The notes under the pieces were generated by a model that made no database searches, was not told the DNA's origin, and saw nothing but the letters and a program-made list of their open reading frames with translations. From assembly GCA_039621445.1 (NCBI GenBank), contig CP154954.1, positions 20,136,642-20,200,641 of the forward strand: a DNA stretch of 64,000 bases. The letters are read 5' to 3'. Every line of letters begins with the position of its first letter. The stretch's first letter is position 1. The position numbers were made by a program, and so were the translations under genes. Positions 33,301 to 45,300 of the stretch are shown piece by piece. The stretch comes from Euglena gracilis (Eukaryota).

Positions 33301-36300
33301 GGTTGCTGGCTGATCCCTCCCCCCCCCCAAGGGTAAGGTCGAACCCGGTGCCCAAAATTGAAACTGCAAAAAAGCACAAAACGAAGCATTCTCTATCAAC
33401 TCAAAACGAAAAACATCCGTTTTTCAACTCTTGATTTCGGACCCCTGTTCGATGTCTGGATCGTCCTTGGACGGCCTTGGAAGATTGTTCTTTTTAAAAA
33501 AAACCTTTAAAAAAACCTTTGAAAACACCTTAAACCCTTTTTTGGGGAAAGAATTGTTTTAAACATAAAACCTGGTCATTATTTGGGGGGGGGGTGAAAT
33601 ACAATCCCAGCAACAGCATGATCCCGTGTCAGTTACAAACTCCCGGATGATGCGAATAGCATCGTCTGTCAAGCCAGACCGGTCAAAAGATGGGTAGTCG
33701 GACTCCAGAGGAATAACCAACGTTGCCCCTCCTGTTTGGTGAAACAGAAACAGATAAACCCATTGTTGACTGCCAGAAATGCGTGGGTACAATCAACTTC
33801 AGGATATGAATTGCGGGGAAATGCATCCCTTTGAATACTTGTTCGAGAAAAAACATCGCAAACTATCTTGCAATAATCAATCAGAAGTGTCAATAAAAAA
33901 AACACAACGATTGTGGATGGGGGGGGATCCCCAAGTGCCTTGAAGTATCTACCCATACGGGGAAACCTGGTGGGGGTGGTCAGTGGTACAAGAAAGCCTG
34001 GAGGGGAGGGGGTGGTCAACCCCACCCGGGAAGTGGGGGGGTCAACCCGTGCTGCAAAAAACAAAATTAGCTCGGAATTAGCTCGGAATCAAGAAGAGCA
34101 GGGGTGAGAATTAGCTCGGAATTAGCTCTGAATCAGGAAGAGCAGGGGTAAGAATTAGCTCGGAATTAGCTCTGAATCAGGAAGAGCAGGGGTAAGAAGA
34201 CAAGGAGGATTCAGGATGCAGCCGGTGACACCTGGGAGAGCAATGGTGGCTGGGGTTGGGGTATCCTTTTGGATCACTCCAACTGGCACTTCGCGTGCTG
34301 CTGGTGGCACTGAGGAGAGAATTGCAATCGGGAATGGAAGACAGTCAGAGAGAAAAAATGCAAACACACACATCCACACACGCGCGCACACACACAGAGA
34401 GAGAGAAAGGGGGGGGACAAAAGATCTCAAAAAGATGAGGTGCCCCAGCAGGAAACATAACATCTGACCATTTTGGTGGTCAATCCTGTAACCACCCTCC
34501 CAGGACCTGGTCCGGAGGATTATTTTGAGCGGGGAAAAAATAAAGCAAAAAATCACTTCAAAAACAACTTCAAAAACAACTTCAAAAAAGACTGCAAAGA
34601 CACAAATCCAAATAACCATTGAACACCCCGTGAAGATCTTTCACGTTCCTTTGGCCGATTTGGACTCCGCAGAAGGGGGCAGTTTAGGACCGGGATCTTC
34701 ACCGACAGCAGGGGGGGGGGGAATGCAACTTGGCCCTTCAAATTATGCAAGTCAAAAAAAATGCAAAAAAATGCAGAAAAATGCAAAAAAATGCAAAAAA
34801 ATGCAAAAAAAATGCAACTTGCATGAAAACCTTGAGAAAAAGCTGGAATATGACAGAGCTTTGCTGCCTAAAATCAAAAAAATTTTCTAGGGCAAAATAT
34901 TTTTATGCAAAAAAACGCAAAAAAATGCAAAAAAAATCCAAATATATGCCAACCAACTACACAATTTTTTTCAAGGGCGAAATATTTTATGTAAAAAAAA
35001 TGCAAAAAAATGCAAAAAAAATCCAAACATACGGCAACCAACTACAAAAAATTTTTCCAGGGCAAAATATTTTATGCAAAAAAATGCAAAAAAATGCAAA
35101 AAAATGCAAATTTCGGGAAAACATGATTATGCAAAAAATGCAAATTATGCAAGTTGCATTTCCCCCCCCTGCCGACAGACCCCCCAAAAATAGATGGCAG
35201 CCCCATACCACTGGACCCCCCCCCCCCCGGGGGTCCCAGTGGTATGGCCAGGGCGGGGGGGGGGGGTGGGGATTTTTTTTAAGACCGGGGGGGGGACGGG
35301 GGTCCCTCTCACCCACCCCCCCAGGGGGCTCGGCCGGACCCACCCACCCTACCCCCCCTCCCCCCCCCACGACTAAAACAACCCCTGGGCGGGGTCCCAC
35401 TTGTGTCGGGGGCTGCTAAATAGACTTCCTACAAAATTGGAGTTTTTCAGCAACTGACCCAAAAAAATAGACCGGGTTCCAGGCGCATATTATTTGCACC
35501 TGGAAGTAATAATATGCAAGCACCTATGAAATGGCGTGACTGGGCGTGGCTGGGCATGACTGGCTTTAAAGAACCTCACAGGTGGGATTCCATGACTGGG
35601 ATGACTGGGCGTGACTGGCTCATTTTGGCCATATTTTTTTGGGCCATTTTTGCCCCGTTTGGCCCCTTTTGGCCACTTTCAAATATTTTGGGCCACTTTT
35701 GGCTGCTTTTGCTTGCCTTTGGCCATTTTAATCATTATTATTAATCTATTTTTGCCCACTTTTGATAGATTTTTTAGGCAACCTTTGGACCATTTTTGGC
35801 CACTTTTGACCAAATTTTTCCTATTTTTGAAATTGAAAACAGAAATAAGTGCCCATGGCCAAAAGCAACAAAAAAAAAGTGGCCAAAAGCAGCGAAAAGC
35901 AACAAAAAGTGGCTAAAAGCAGTCAAAAGCAGCAAGAAGTGGCCTCAAAGTGGCCAAAGAGCAACAGAAGCGGCCTACTGTGGGCAAAAGTGGCCAAAGG
36001 TGGGCAAAAGTGAGCAACGAAAGCCAAAAGTGGCCCAAAAATGACCAAAAGTGACAAACAGCAACTAAAAGCTGCCAAAAGTGACCAAAAACAGCCAGAA
36101 GATGGGCGAACGTGGCAAAAAGCTTGTCGCTTAAAGCTGGGGTGACTGGGGTTTCTGGTGGCATGCGTGGCAGGCGTGGGTGTGACTGGGTGTAACTGGG
36201 CGTGACTGGGCCTGGGATTCTGGATGACCATAGGTGTTTGGTGATATGCACCTAAAATATTCTGTACACTGGAACATGAGCAAAAAAATGCTTTTTCCCT

Positions 36301-39300
36301 CACTTTTGCATATTGCATATTTTTTTATATTAGGTGTTTTCCGCATAAAAAATTTACAAAAAAATTCAAAAATACGAGCATTTTTGGATTCATTTTCAAA
36401 GAAAAATCAGGGATTTCCCACCAATTTTGGCCTGGTATTTGGCCTTTTGCCCATCCACAACCGAGATTTTCCCGGCCCCCCTCAATTTTGAGGTAGGTGG
36501 GGGGGGTCTGACCCCCCCTCCATGTTGGGAGGAGGGGAATCCCTGCCCACCCCTATACAGGAGCGACCATGCCCCCGATTACCAGGTTCCGTCGCAGGAC
36601 TTTTGTGAAATTCAGGGTGCGCTGAGCATGCTTGACATCGGAGTTAGCGTTAAGGTTAGGTTTATGGTCTGAGAATTATCGAATAAATTTCTTTGTGGGT
36701 CTACATGTCCTACCTTTCCAAACCATGTCAAATTTGCTGCAAATGTTACTCTTGTGGATGCACTTAAGCGTAAAAACACCCAACCCTCATTTAACCAATG
36801 GCTGAAGAAGCTAAAGCACTTGCCTATTTGGGGGGGGGCACTATTCGGAACGTTGGTCGAACCGAGGGGGAGGCTTCTATCCGGGGGGGGGGGGGCTTTT
36901 ATTCAGGGGGGGTTACCCCCTCCCCCCGGGGTCCAAGACTAAAAAAACCCCTGACATTAACATTAACCAAGCAAAACTGTCAAACAAAACAGGACAGGGT
37001 TGAACAAACAAAAAATGCGAGTTATTTGTGTCTTCAGTCCTGATGGATGAAAAGCCGTGAGCAAAGCAAACCCCCCCATTTTCCTTCACCCTGAGTTGGA
37101 CTACATTGCAAAACAAATTTTTTTAGGGTGTTGACAGAGGGGGGGTCCAAACCTGCAACACTCGGAAGGTCCGGGTTCCGCTTCCGGAATGCATCCAGGA
37201 CTGCTGCTGCAGCGGCGCGCACCTCCCCGGCCTGGCTCCCCTGGAACTCCGGCAGACTGGCCTGGGGCAGGGATCGCTGGACACCCCCCCCCACCAGGGG
37301 TTTTTTTAAGACCGGGGGGGGGAGGGGGGTCCCACCCACCTACCCCCTGGGGGGATCCCAGGGGATCCAACCCAATTTTCCCCGAAAAGGCCAAAAAATC
37401 GCGAAAAATGCTAAAAATAGCACCCCGTTCAAAAATTTTTTGGCGCGTTCGGTGCCGAAAAATATACCCCACTCCCCTCTGGCAGACCCCCCGAGGGGGG
37501 GCTCAGCCAGACCCACCCACCTCCCGGGGGTCCAACACTAAAAAAATCACCCTTGGCAGGGGCATCCCCTTCGGCGTGCAACGACACCCTGGCCACAATC
37601 TGGTCCACCGTGAGGGCGAGGGTGCCGGTCTGCAGGGCGAAGTTCCGCACCGCCCGGACGGCGCTGCTCAGGATGCCGGCCCGGTCGAACGGGGGGTAAT
37701 CGTCGTCGGCGGGCATCGTGACGACCACCTGCCCTGGGAGGGATGGGCCAGGACACTGCAGAGATGCAGAGCACTTCTCCTTCAGCCTTTCTTTTATTAT
37801 GATTAAACGAGAGCTGGGTGAGCAGAAACCATCCCGATGCATCGGAGTAACAAGATTCCGGGATGGAATGGAAATCATTTCTAAAAAGACCACGCAAATG
37901 CAGCAGACATATACAGCAGGGACACTAATTATAATTATTATAATATTATACTAATTCTAATTATTAATACTAACTACACCTATTGTTAATGCTAATTATA
38001 ATATATAATTATAATTATAATTATAATTATAATTACAAATATAATTATAATTATTTGTTCATCCAAATTTTGAGGGTGGTACCCGGCACCCTGCTGGCCG
38101 CTGCCCCACAGCAGTGCCCCAGCCAGCTCTGCTGCAGCGCGCTCTGGAAAAGCCAATTCTACGAGAGCCAAAACTTGTGGGTTCTCGTGGTCAGTTAGGT
38201 CGTGGGCCTGGGGGAGGGGTGGGTGGGTAATAAGATGTTGCGTACGGGGTTGACATCTGATAAACCAGTTGAGGATGCCACTGCATACCTTCTTCCGAGG
38301 CCAAATCATATGCTGCAATCCGTGGGCCCACTGAGAGGACACAAAGGGCACAGGAAGGTACTTCGTTCAGGGGGAAAAAAAGAGAGAGAACAATCAAAAA
38401 AATGCATGAAAAAATGAACTTTTTGATGACCAGTGGACCTTAGAGATGTGGCCAATAAAATATAAACATGTGGTCAAAGAAACTTAAAATACGTAACTGG
38501 GGGAACAAAAATAAATAATTTGGGACCAAAAAATTTTTTGGCCAAATTTCAAATTTGTTTCACACACACACACACACACACTGACATTGGAAAAAGCCAT
38601 TAATTTTGGGTCCTATGGCCATTATTGTGAGCCACATGGCCATTATTTGTGGGCATTTATTTGGGGTGAGGTGGCTGTCAAGCACATCTGGTTGTCCAGA
38701 GTCCCAGACCCAGTCACACCCAATCACGCCCAGTCACACCCAGTCACGCCAAAAGAAACCCCAGTCATCCCAGCTTCCCTCCATCACCTTTGAGGTTCTC
38801 AATGGGGCCCCTTCAACTTCTTGGTTGTTTTTGACCACTTTTGGCTAGTTTGCCCCTTCATGCCGCTTCTGGCCGCATTTTGGCCACGTTGTCAACTTTC
38901 AGCCACTTTGGCTGCATCTTTGCTGCTTTTCAATTGAGTGGGCAATGCCAAAATAAAACTTAACGCATTTGGCTTTGGAGTTAATTTTCCAAAACTTCCC
39001 AAGGCTCCAACATCTGCGACTGTGAAAAACCAGCGAACAAGGAAGGATGGGTTGAGCACCTTCCAAATGCGGATTCTGGCGGCGCCACACGTCCAAAACC
39101 ATGTCAGCAAGGTCCGCTGCTTTCACAGTCAGTTTTCCGACCCAAGGACAGGGATGTGCGAATGCAAGGGGAACGCAACTTGAAAATGTGACCATAAAAA
39201 AATAGATAAAAATTGTCAAAGTGCCCCCACCCACCCTCTGGCTGATGGTCAACTGAGCTGATGAACAAGGTGGTGTGTGCATGAGGTGTGCATGAGCACA

Positions 39301-42300
39301 TCTCACACGGATGAAAAAGAAAATTGATCACTTCGAAATGATTGCAATTTGCTTTGTCCCCAGCTGCAGGAAAAAACCGGGGTGGCAGGAAAGAAGCTGC
39401 TGGCTGACCCCCACCCCAGAGATCCCCACTGGATGGAACTGGACCTGACTGACCTAAGTTGAATGGACCTGGAAAAACTGCAAAGAAGAGCAGAATCACA
39501 AAATAATAAGCCATTTAAACCTTGAGCTGCTTGAGCTGGGCAATCCATTACCAAGCAATTGAGCAATTGAACAATTTTTGTCCAATGTATTTCCGTTTCC
39601 AATGCCAAGCTGCCGAAGGGGGCTGGACAAGGAGTGAAAACGGTCTACAGGGGGAGAGGGGGGTTAGCCCCATTTGGTTTTAAATCTGTGACTGGATTTA
39701 AATCTGTGACTGAACAACAAATCTTTCACAAATCAATCAAACAAACTATGAAAGAACAAAAGCGACATATTGGAGGTGAGCAGTGCTGTTCCCAAGCCCT
39801 GTCCTTTGCATCAGGTTCCAGGAGGGATTTCCCCAAGTCATGGTGGGCAATTTTCAAATTGCCATTGGCAACAACGAAGTTCTCCAAGAGGCGGGAGGCG
39901 AAATCAACCATCTCATTGTAAAATGGGTATTCGTCTCGCAAAGGGACCTTGAAGCGAAAAGCGCTGTAGCCATCTGCGAGACGTGGTGTGAGAAAATGCA
40001 GAAGCAGCATTTTCTTTAACGGGGTATCCTCAAAATATGGTCAACCCAGTTGCTTTCTTGAAATCCAGCCAAGTGGGGGGTGGCTTTATCCTTTCCGCTT
40101 TCTGGGATTTCATCCTGCTGGTGCTGAGTATGAGAAAAAGATAATCCCACAACATGTGAAAGGTGACATAAAATGCAGGCTTCTTTTTAAGACCCGGGGG
40201 GAGGGGGTCCCCCCATCCACCCAACCTGGCGCGGGACCACCGGGGGCGGCACCCCCAAAAATCGGGTCATCTGAGGCCATTCCCCCCCCAAAAAAAACAC
40301 CGGCGCTTCGCGGCAGAACCCATGTCCAGGCCTTCCAGGGACCCCCCCAGCAGGGGTTCAAAACCACCCATCACCCATCCATCCCCCCGCTGGGGGGGGT
40401 CCTCTGACTTTAAAAAAAAAACAGCCCGATAAATGCATTACTGTCAGTCCATGGAGATGCACACCTGATTCTTAATCCATCCCATTTAACAGTGCGCAAT
40501 ATTGCACAAATTTTCCTGATTTTTCCAGTGTCCATTTTCCTTTTTTTGCCTTTTCTTGGTTTGAGTGTCCATGTTGCATCCACCCCAATTGCAAGACATC
40601 TGTTGAACGTCGTATTTCAACACTTTATGGCTTTTTGAGTAAATTCTCCCAGACACACAACTCCCGGCAAAACTGTCCTTTGGGGCCTATTTCATTGATC
40701 AGAGGGTTTACTATTCATGTCCTAGGGGGCTTTATAGAAATTTGCCAGCACTTTGTGCCGAAAGGCATATCCGGCAGAGTTCAAAGGACAGGTGGGGAGG
40801 GTGAGTCGGACCCCTCCCTCCAGTCCAGAGGGGGAGCACACCCCCTCCTGCACAGTTGCCCGGTCTGGGTGACCAATTTCGGCCCCGTCGCAAAGCGCCG
40901 GGCCGGAAAAGCTTGCACCTTAAACCCGGCCGGAAATGCCATTTTGGCACTTTTGGAAGAAAAAAAAATTGCCAGAAATGCCAAAAAGTTTCGGCTCGAA
41001 ATGGCAGAAGGAAAAAAATACCCCCCACCCAGGATCGGTCTGGAACCACCCCCGGGGGGGGGGGACGAACTCCCTTTCCTTCACCCTTGGGGACAGGGGG
41101 TTCTTTAAGACCAGGGGGGGGGGTCGGCACCCACCCACCCACCCACCCCCTGGGGCCCCCCTGGGGGAGGTCCCAGGGACCCACCCTACCCCCCTTCCCC
41201 CCTGGGCAGGGCAGAACGGGAAGGCCTGGTGGGAGGGGGGTGGTCGACCCCCCACCCGGGAGGTGGGGGGGTGGGTCGACCCCCCCGGCCCCGGGCGGAT
41301 GATTGGCTATGACGATCCCGGAGGTCGTACCGACCATGGTCGGCCCGACCTATGGTCGGCCCGACCATGGTCGGCCCGACCTGGCCGTTATCGACCACTG
41401 GAGGTCGGGCCGACCAGGTCGGCCCGACCTCCAATCAACCGCATTACCCCCCCCCCTTTTTTGAAATTTAAGCCCCCCCCCTCAAAATTTGATTCTCTTA
41501 ATTTGGCTAAAAATGCATAAAAACACATTGGAGTGACCTCCAAACCGGCAAAAAACGTCCCATTTTTGAAAAATTTCGATTAGAGTTAGGGTTAGGGATA
41601 CGGTCAGGGTTAGGGCTAGGGTTAGAGTTAGGGTCAGGGATACCGTTAGGGTTAGGGTTACGGTTGGGGGGAGGGATACAGTCAGGGTTAGGGTTAGGAT
41701 ACGGTTTGGGCTCAGGTTAGGGTTAGGGTTAGAGTTAGGGTTACAGTTCGGGCCAGGGATACGGTTAGGGTTGGGGTTTGGGTCAGGGATACGGTTAGGG
41801 TTAGGGACAGGGTTGGGGATACGGTTAGGGATAGGGTTAGGGTTAGGGATAGGGTTGGGGATACGGTTAGGGATAGGGATAGGGTTAGGGATAGGGTTAG
41901 GGATACGGTTAGGGCTGGGGATTAGGGTTAGGGATACGGTTATGGTTAGGGTTAGGGATACAGTTAGGGTTAGAGTTAGGGTTAGAGTTCGGGCCAGGGA
42001 TACGGTTTGAGTTTGGGTTGGGGATACGGTTAGGGTTAGGGATACAGTTAGGGTTAGGGTTAGGGATACGGTTAGGGTTAGGGCTAGGGTTAGAGTTAGG
42101 GTTAGGGATACGGTTAAGGTTTCGGTTAGGGTTAGAGTTAGGGTTACGGATACGGTTAGTGTTACGGTTATTGTTAGGGTTAGGGATACGGTTAGGGTTA
42201 GAGTTCGGGCCAGGGATACGGTTTGAGTTTGGGTTGGGGATACGGTTAGGGTTAGGGATGCAGTTAGGGTTAGGGTTAGGGTTACGGATAGGGTTCGGGT

Positions 42301-45300
42301 TAGGGTTAGAGTTAGGGCTAGGGTTAGAGTTAGGATTAGAGATACGGTTAGGGCTGGGGATTAGGGTTAGGGTTAGGGCCGACTAAGTTAGCACAAAGGG
42401 AGTTTGTTGGGGGCGCGTTGTACAAAGGGAGTTTGTTGGCCACCGTTGCCTTGCACACACAAGGGGATATTGTTATTTTGGGCAGGGGGGGGGTCCCGGG
42501 GGGGGGGGCAGCCCCCCCCCGGAGGAGGCCGTAGGCCGACTAAGTTAGCACAAAGGGAGTTTGTTGGGGGGCGCGTTTTGGCCATCCTGCCTAGCACACA
42601 CAAAAGGATTTGTTTACGGTGCGCGTTTTGGCCACCGTTGCCTTGCACACACAAGGGGATATTGTTATTTTGGGCAGGGGGGGGTCCGGGGGGGGGGCGG
42701 CAGCCCCCCCCCGGAGGAGGCCGTAGGCCGACTAAGTTAGCACAAAGGGAGTTTGTTGGGGGGCGCGTTTTGGCCATCATTGCCTTGCACAGACAAAAGG
42801 ATTTTGTTACGGTGCGCGTTTTGGCCACCGTTGCCTTGCACACACAAAGGGATATTTTTATTTTGGGCAGGGGGGGGTGCGGGGGGGGGGCGGCAGCCCC
42901 CCCCCGGAGGAGGCCGTAGGCCGACTAAGTTAGCACAAAGGGAGTTTGTTGGGGGGCGCGTTTTGGCCATCCTTGCCTAGCACACACAAAAGGATTTTGT
43001 TACGGTGCGCGTTTTGGCCACCGTTGCCTTGCACACACACGGGGGGGGGGGGTGGGGGGGGGGAGAGGCAGCCCCCCCCGGAGGAGGCCGTAGGCCGACT
43101 AAGTTCATTAGGGACTCTTTCTTTAACATGGGACGTTTTTTTGCCAGTTTCAAGCTCATTCCAAGGTTTTTCTGTGCATTTTGAGTGAAATTACACTGAA
43201 TACTGCTTCAAGTTTCGGGGGGGGGGGGGGCTTAAATTTCAAAAAAAGGGGGGGGGGGAATGCGGATGATTGGAGGTCGGGCCGAGCAGGTCGGCCCGAC
43301 CTCCAATGGTCGATAGGCCATAGCCAATGGTCGATAACGGCCAGGCCTTACCGACCATGGTCGGTACGACCTCCGGGATCGTCATAGCCAATCATCCGCA
43401 CGGAGCCGACCCCCCCCCCCACCCACCACAGCATTTTCACTGATTTCGGGAAAATGGGGATTTTGACGAAAAAAAATTTGAAATTTTTTTTGAAAAATGA
43501 ACCCAAATACATGATTTTTTGATGGAAAACCACATTTTTATCACAAAAAAATCTCAAAAAATTCAGGGTTAATTGGTAGTTTTTCGGAGGGGGGTGAAAA
43601 AACCGAAAGTCAAAAAAGTGGACCAAACTTTGGGACAGTCAAAATTTACCAAAATGGGTCAAAAAAAAAACACCCGGCGCCTTCGGCGCCGGAAAATTTT
43701 TTCCGGGTTCAAAAATTGGTGCTCCCGGAAAATACGGGAAGAGGTGGTGGGGGGGGGAGTCGACCCCCCCCCCCACCCACCACCCTGGCTGTTCGGCCGA
43801 TTCCCGTTCTGCCCTGCCCTTGGGAGAGGGGGTCCAAAGCTATAAAAAAAACCCCTGCTTGGGGAGTGTCAGCAAAATAATAACTTGGCCAAGCCAGGTG
43901 GTTTCCGCATCACAAGCACACTATACTAAGCCAATAACCAATTCCAAAAAAAAAATTCACTTCTGTCAGAAAACCAATAAGCCCCATCATAAAAACAATT
44001 GGACGAGGACAATACCACTGGGCTCCTTTTGTATGACTGCTGGCTCCACAACTTTTGATGCTTGTTTCGGTTCAGGAACAGGTTTTGCAACCACAGCAGG
44101 CTCTGGCTCTGCAACACGTGCAGGTTCAGCCCTTGAGGCATATGCCGGTTCTGGTTCGACAACATGTGCTGGTTCAGCCCTGATGACATATTCCGGCTCC
44201 GGCTCTGCAACGTGAACTGGTGCTTCCCTTGAGATATACTCCAGCTCTGGCTCTGCATACACGGGCTGTGGTTCAGCCACAACCTCTCTCTCAACCACCT
44301 CTTCCTCCACAACTCCTTCATAATGCTCTTCGTAATACTCTTCTGTCAGAGAAAAAAATGTGGAATGGGCATGGGAAACAATCATGTTTGGAATGGAGCT
44401 GTAATGATGATGCTTCTGGCAAAAGCAGATGGTTCAGCAAACCTCGGCCAACTGGTTCAGGGGCCTCTTCTCTTGGATATTCATCCTCAAGCCCTGAAAA
44501 GAGGTCCAAGAAAATGGTTTTACAGGAAAAGTCCAGGTGGAGCTGTCCACCACAAATTCATTTGGCTTGAGCTGTCCACCACAAATTCATTTGGCTTTAT
44601 CAGCTTTTAAAGCCACATCAGACGTATACTCAACGTGTATGATACACAAATGCTCGGCAATGTACCACAAAAAAAATGCGGATGGATCTGTTTATTTTTA
44701 AGATCCCAAGGGTCTCCACACCATCCCGGTGCATGACCCTCCCCGGCGCAGATCCTTCCCCCTGAAATCAGACCTGAAGATACCATCTGAAGGCATATTC
44801 CAAAAAAAAATTCCAGTGCTTTGCAACAGAACCCATTCCCAGACCGCCAGCGCGGGACCATCACCCAGGATCCCCCAGGTGGGGGGGACAAGTTGGAAAA
44901 AAAAAGTGGAAAATAGCTTGCAAACCCTCTTTGATCCACAAGAAACGTCAAAAGATTCTGAACGTTCTTCCCACATTCCCCCTGTCCACCAACCGGGTTC
45001 CTGAAACCCCCAACCAGGGGGGGGGTCATGCGCGCCCCCGAACGCACCACCACTGACCATGGGGTGGTCGCAAACACAGGTGCCAAAAAACAACCCGATC
45101 ATCAAAACCATCCACAACCCCCGACCAGGGGGGTGGTCATACGCACCTCCTTTCCCGACCTGGTGGTCGGTGGACGGGGGGGGGGGCACTCAAAAATGAA
45201 TGACAGCCTTCTTCATGGATCAAAATTCATTCTTTCTCTTTTCTTAAAAAAAAGATGGGATGAAAAATATTATGTTCTTTTTCACAAAGAAATTTCGCCG

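Larger units (their letters stand above)
41287..43407. mobile_element. Mutator-like foldback element (long TIRs, 9-bp TSD) carrying telomere-like and satellite arrays
   Basis: Roughly 200-bp inverted arms (GCGGATGATTGGCTATGACGATCCCGGAGGTCGTACCGACCATGG...); TSD GACCCCCCC (41278-41286, 43408-43416; low complexity). Confidence 0.78.
41094..43857. mobile_element. hAT-like MITE expanded by nested insertion
   Basis: Ends CAGGGGGTTCTTTA / TAAAAAAAACCCCTG; 8-bp TSD CTTGGGGA (41086-41093, 43858-43865). Confidence 0.85.

Noticed and set aside
41580-42378. True telomere, or Gly-Leu repeat protein ORFs (41771, 42018)
   Set aside because: The array is internal, degenerate and enclosed by TIRs/TSDs; the ORFs are translations of TTAGGG.
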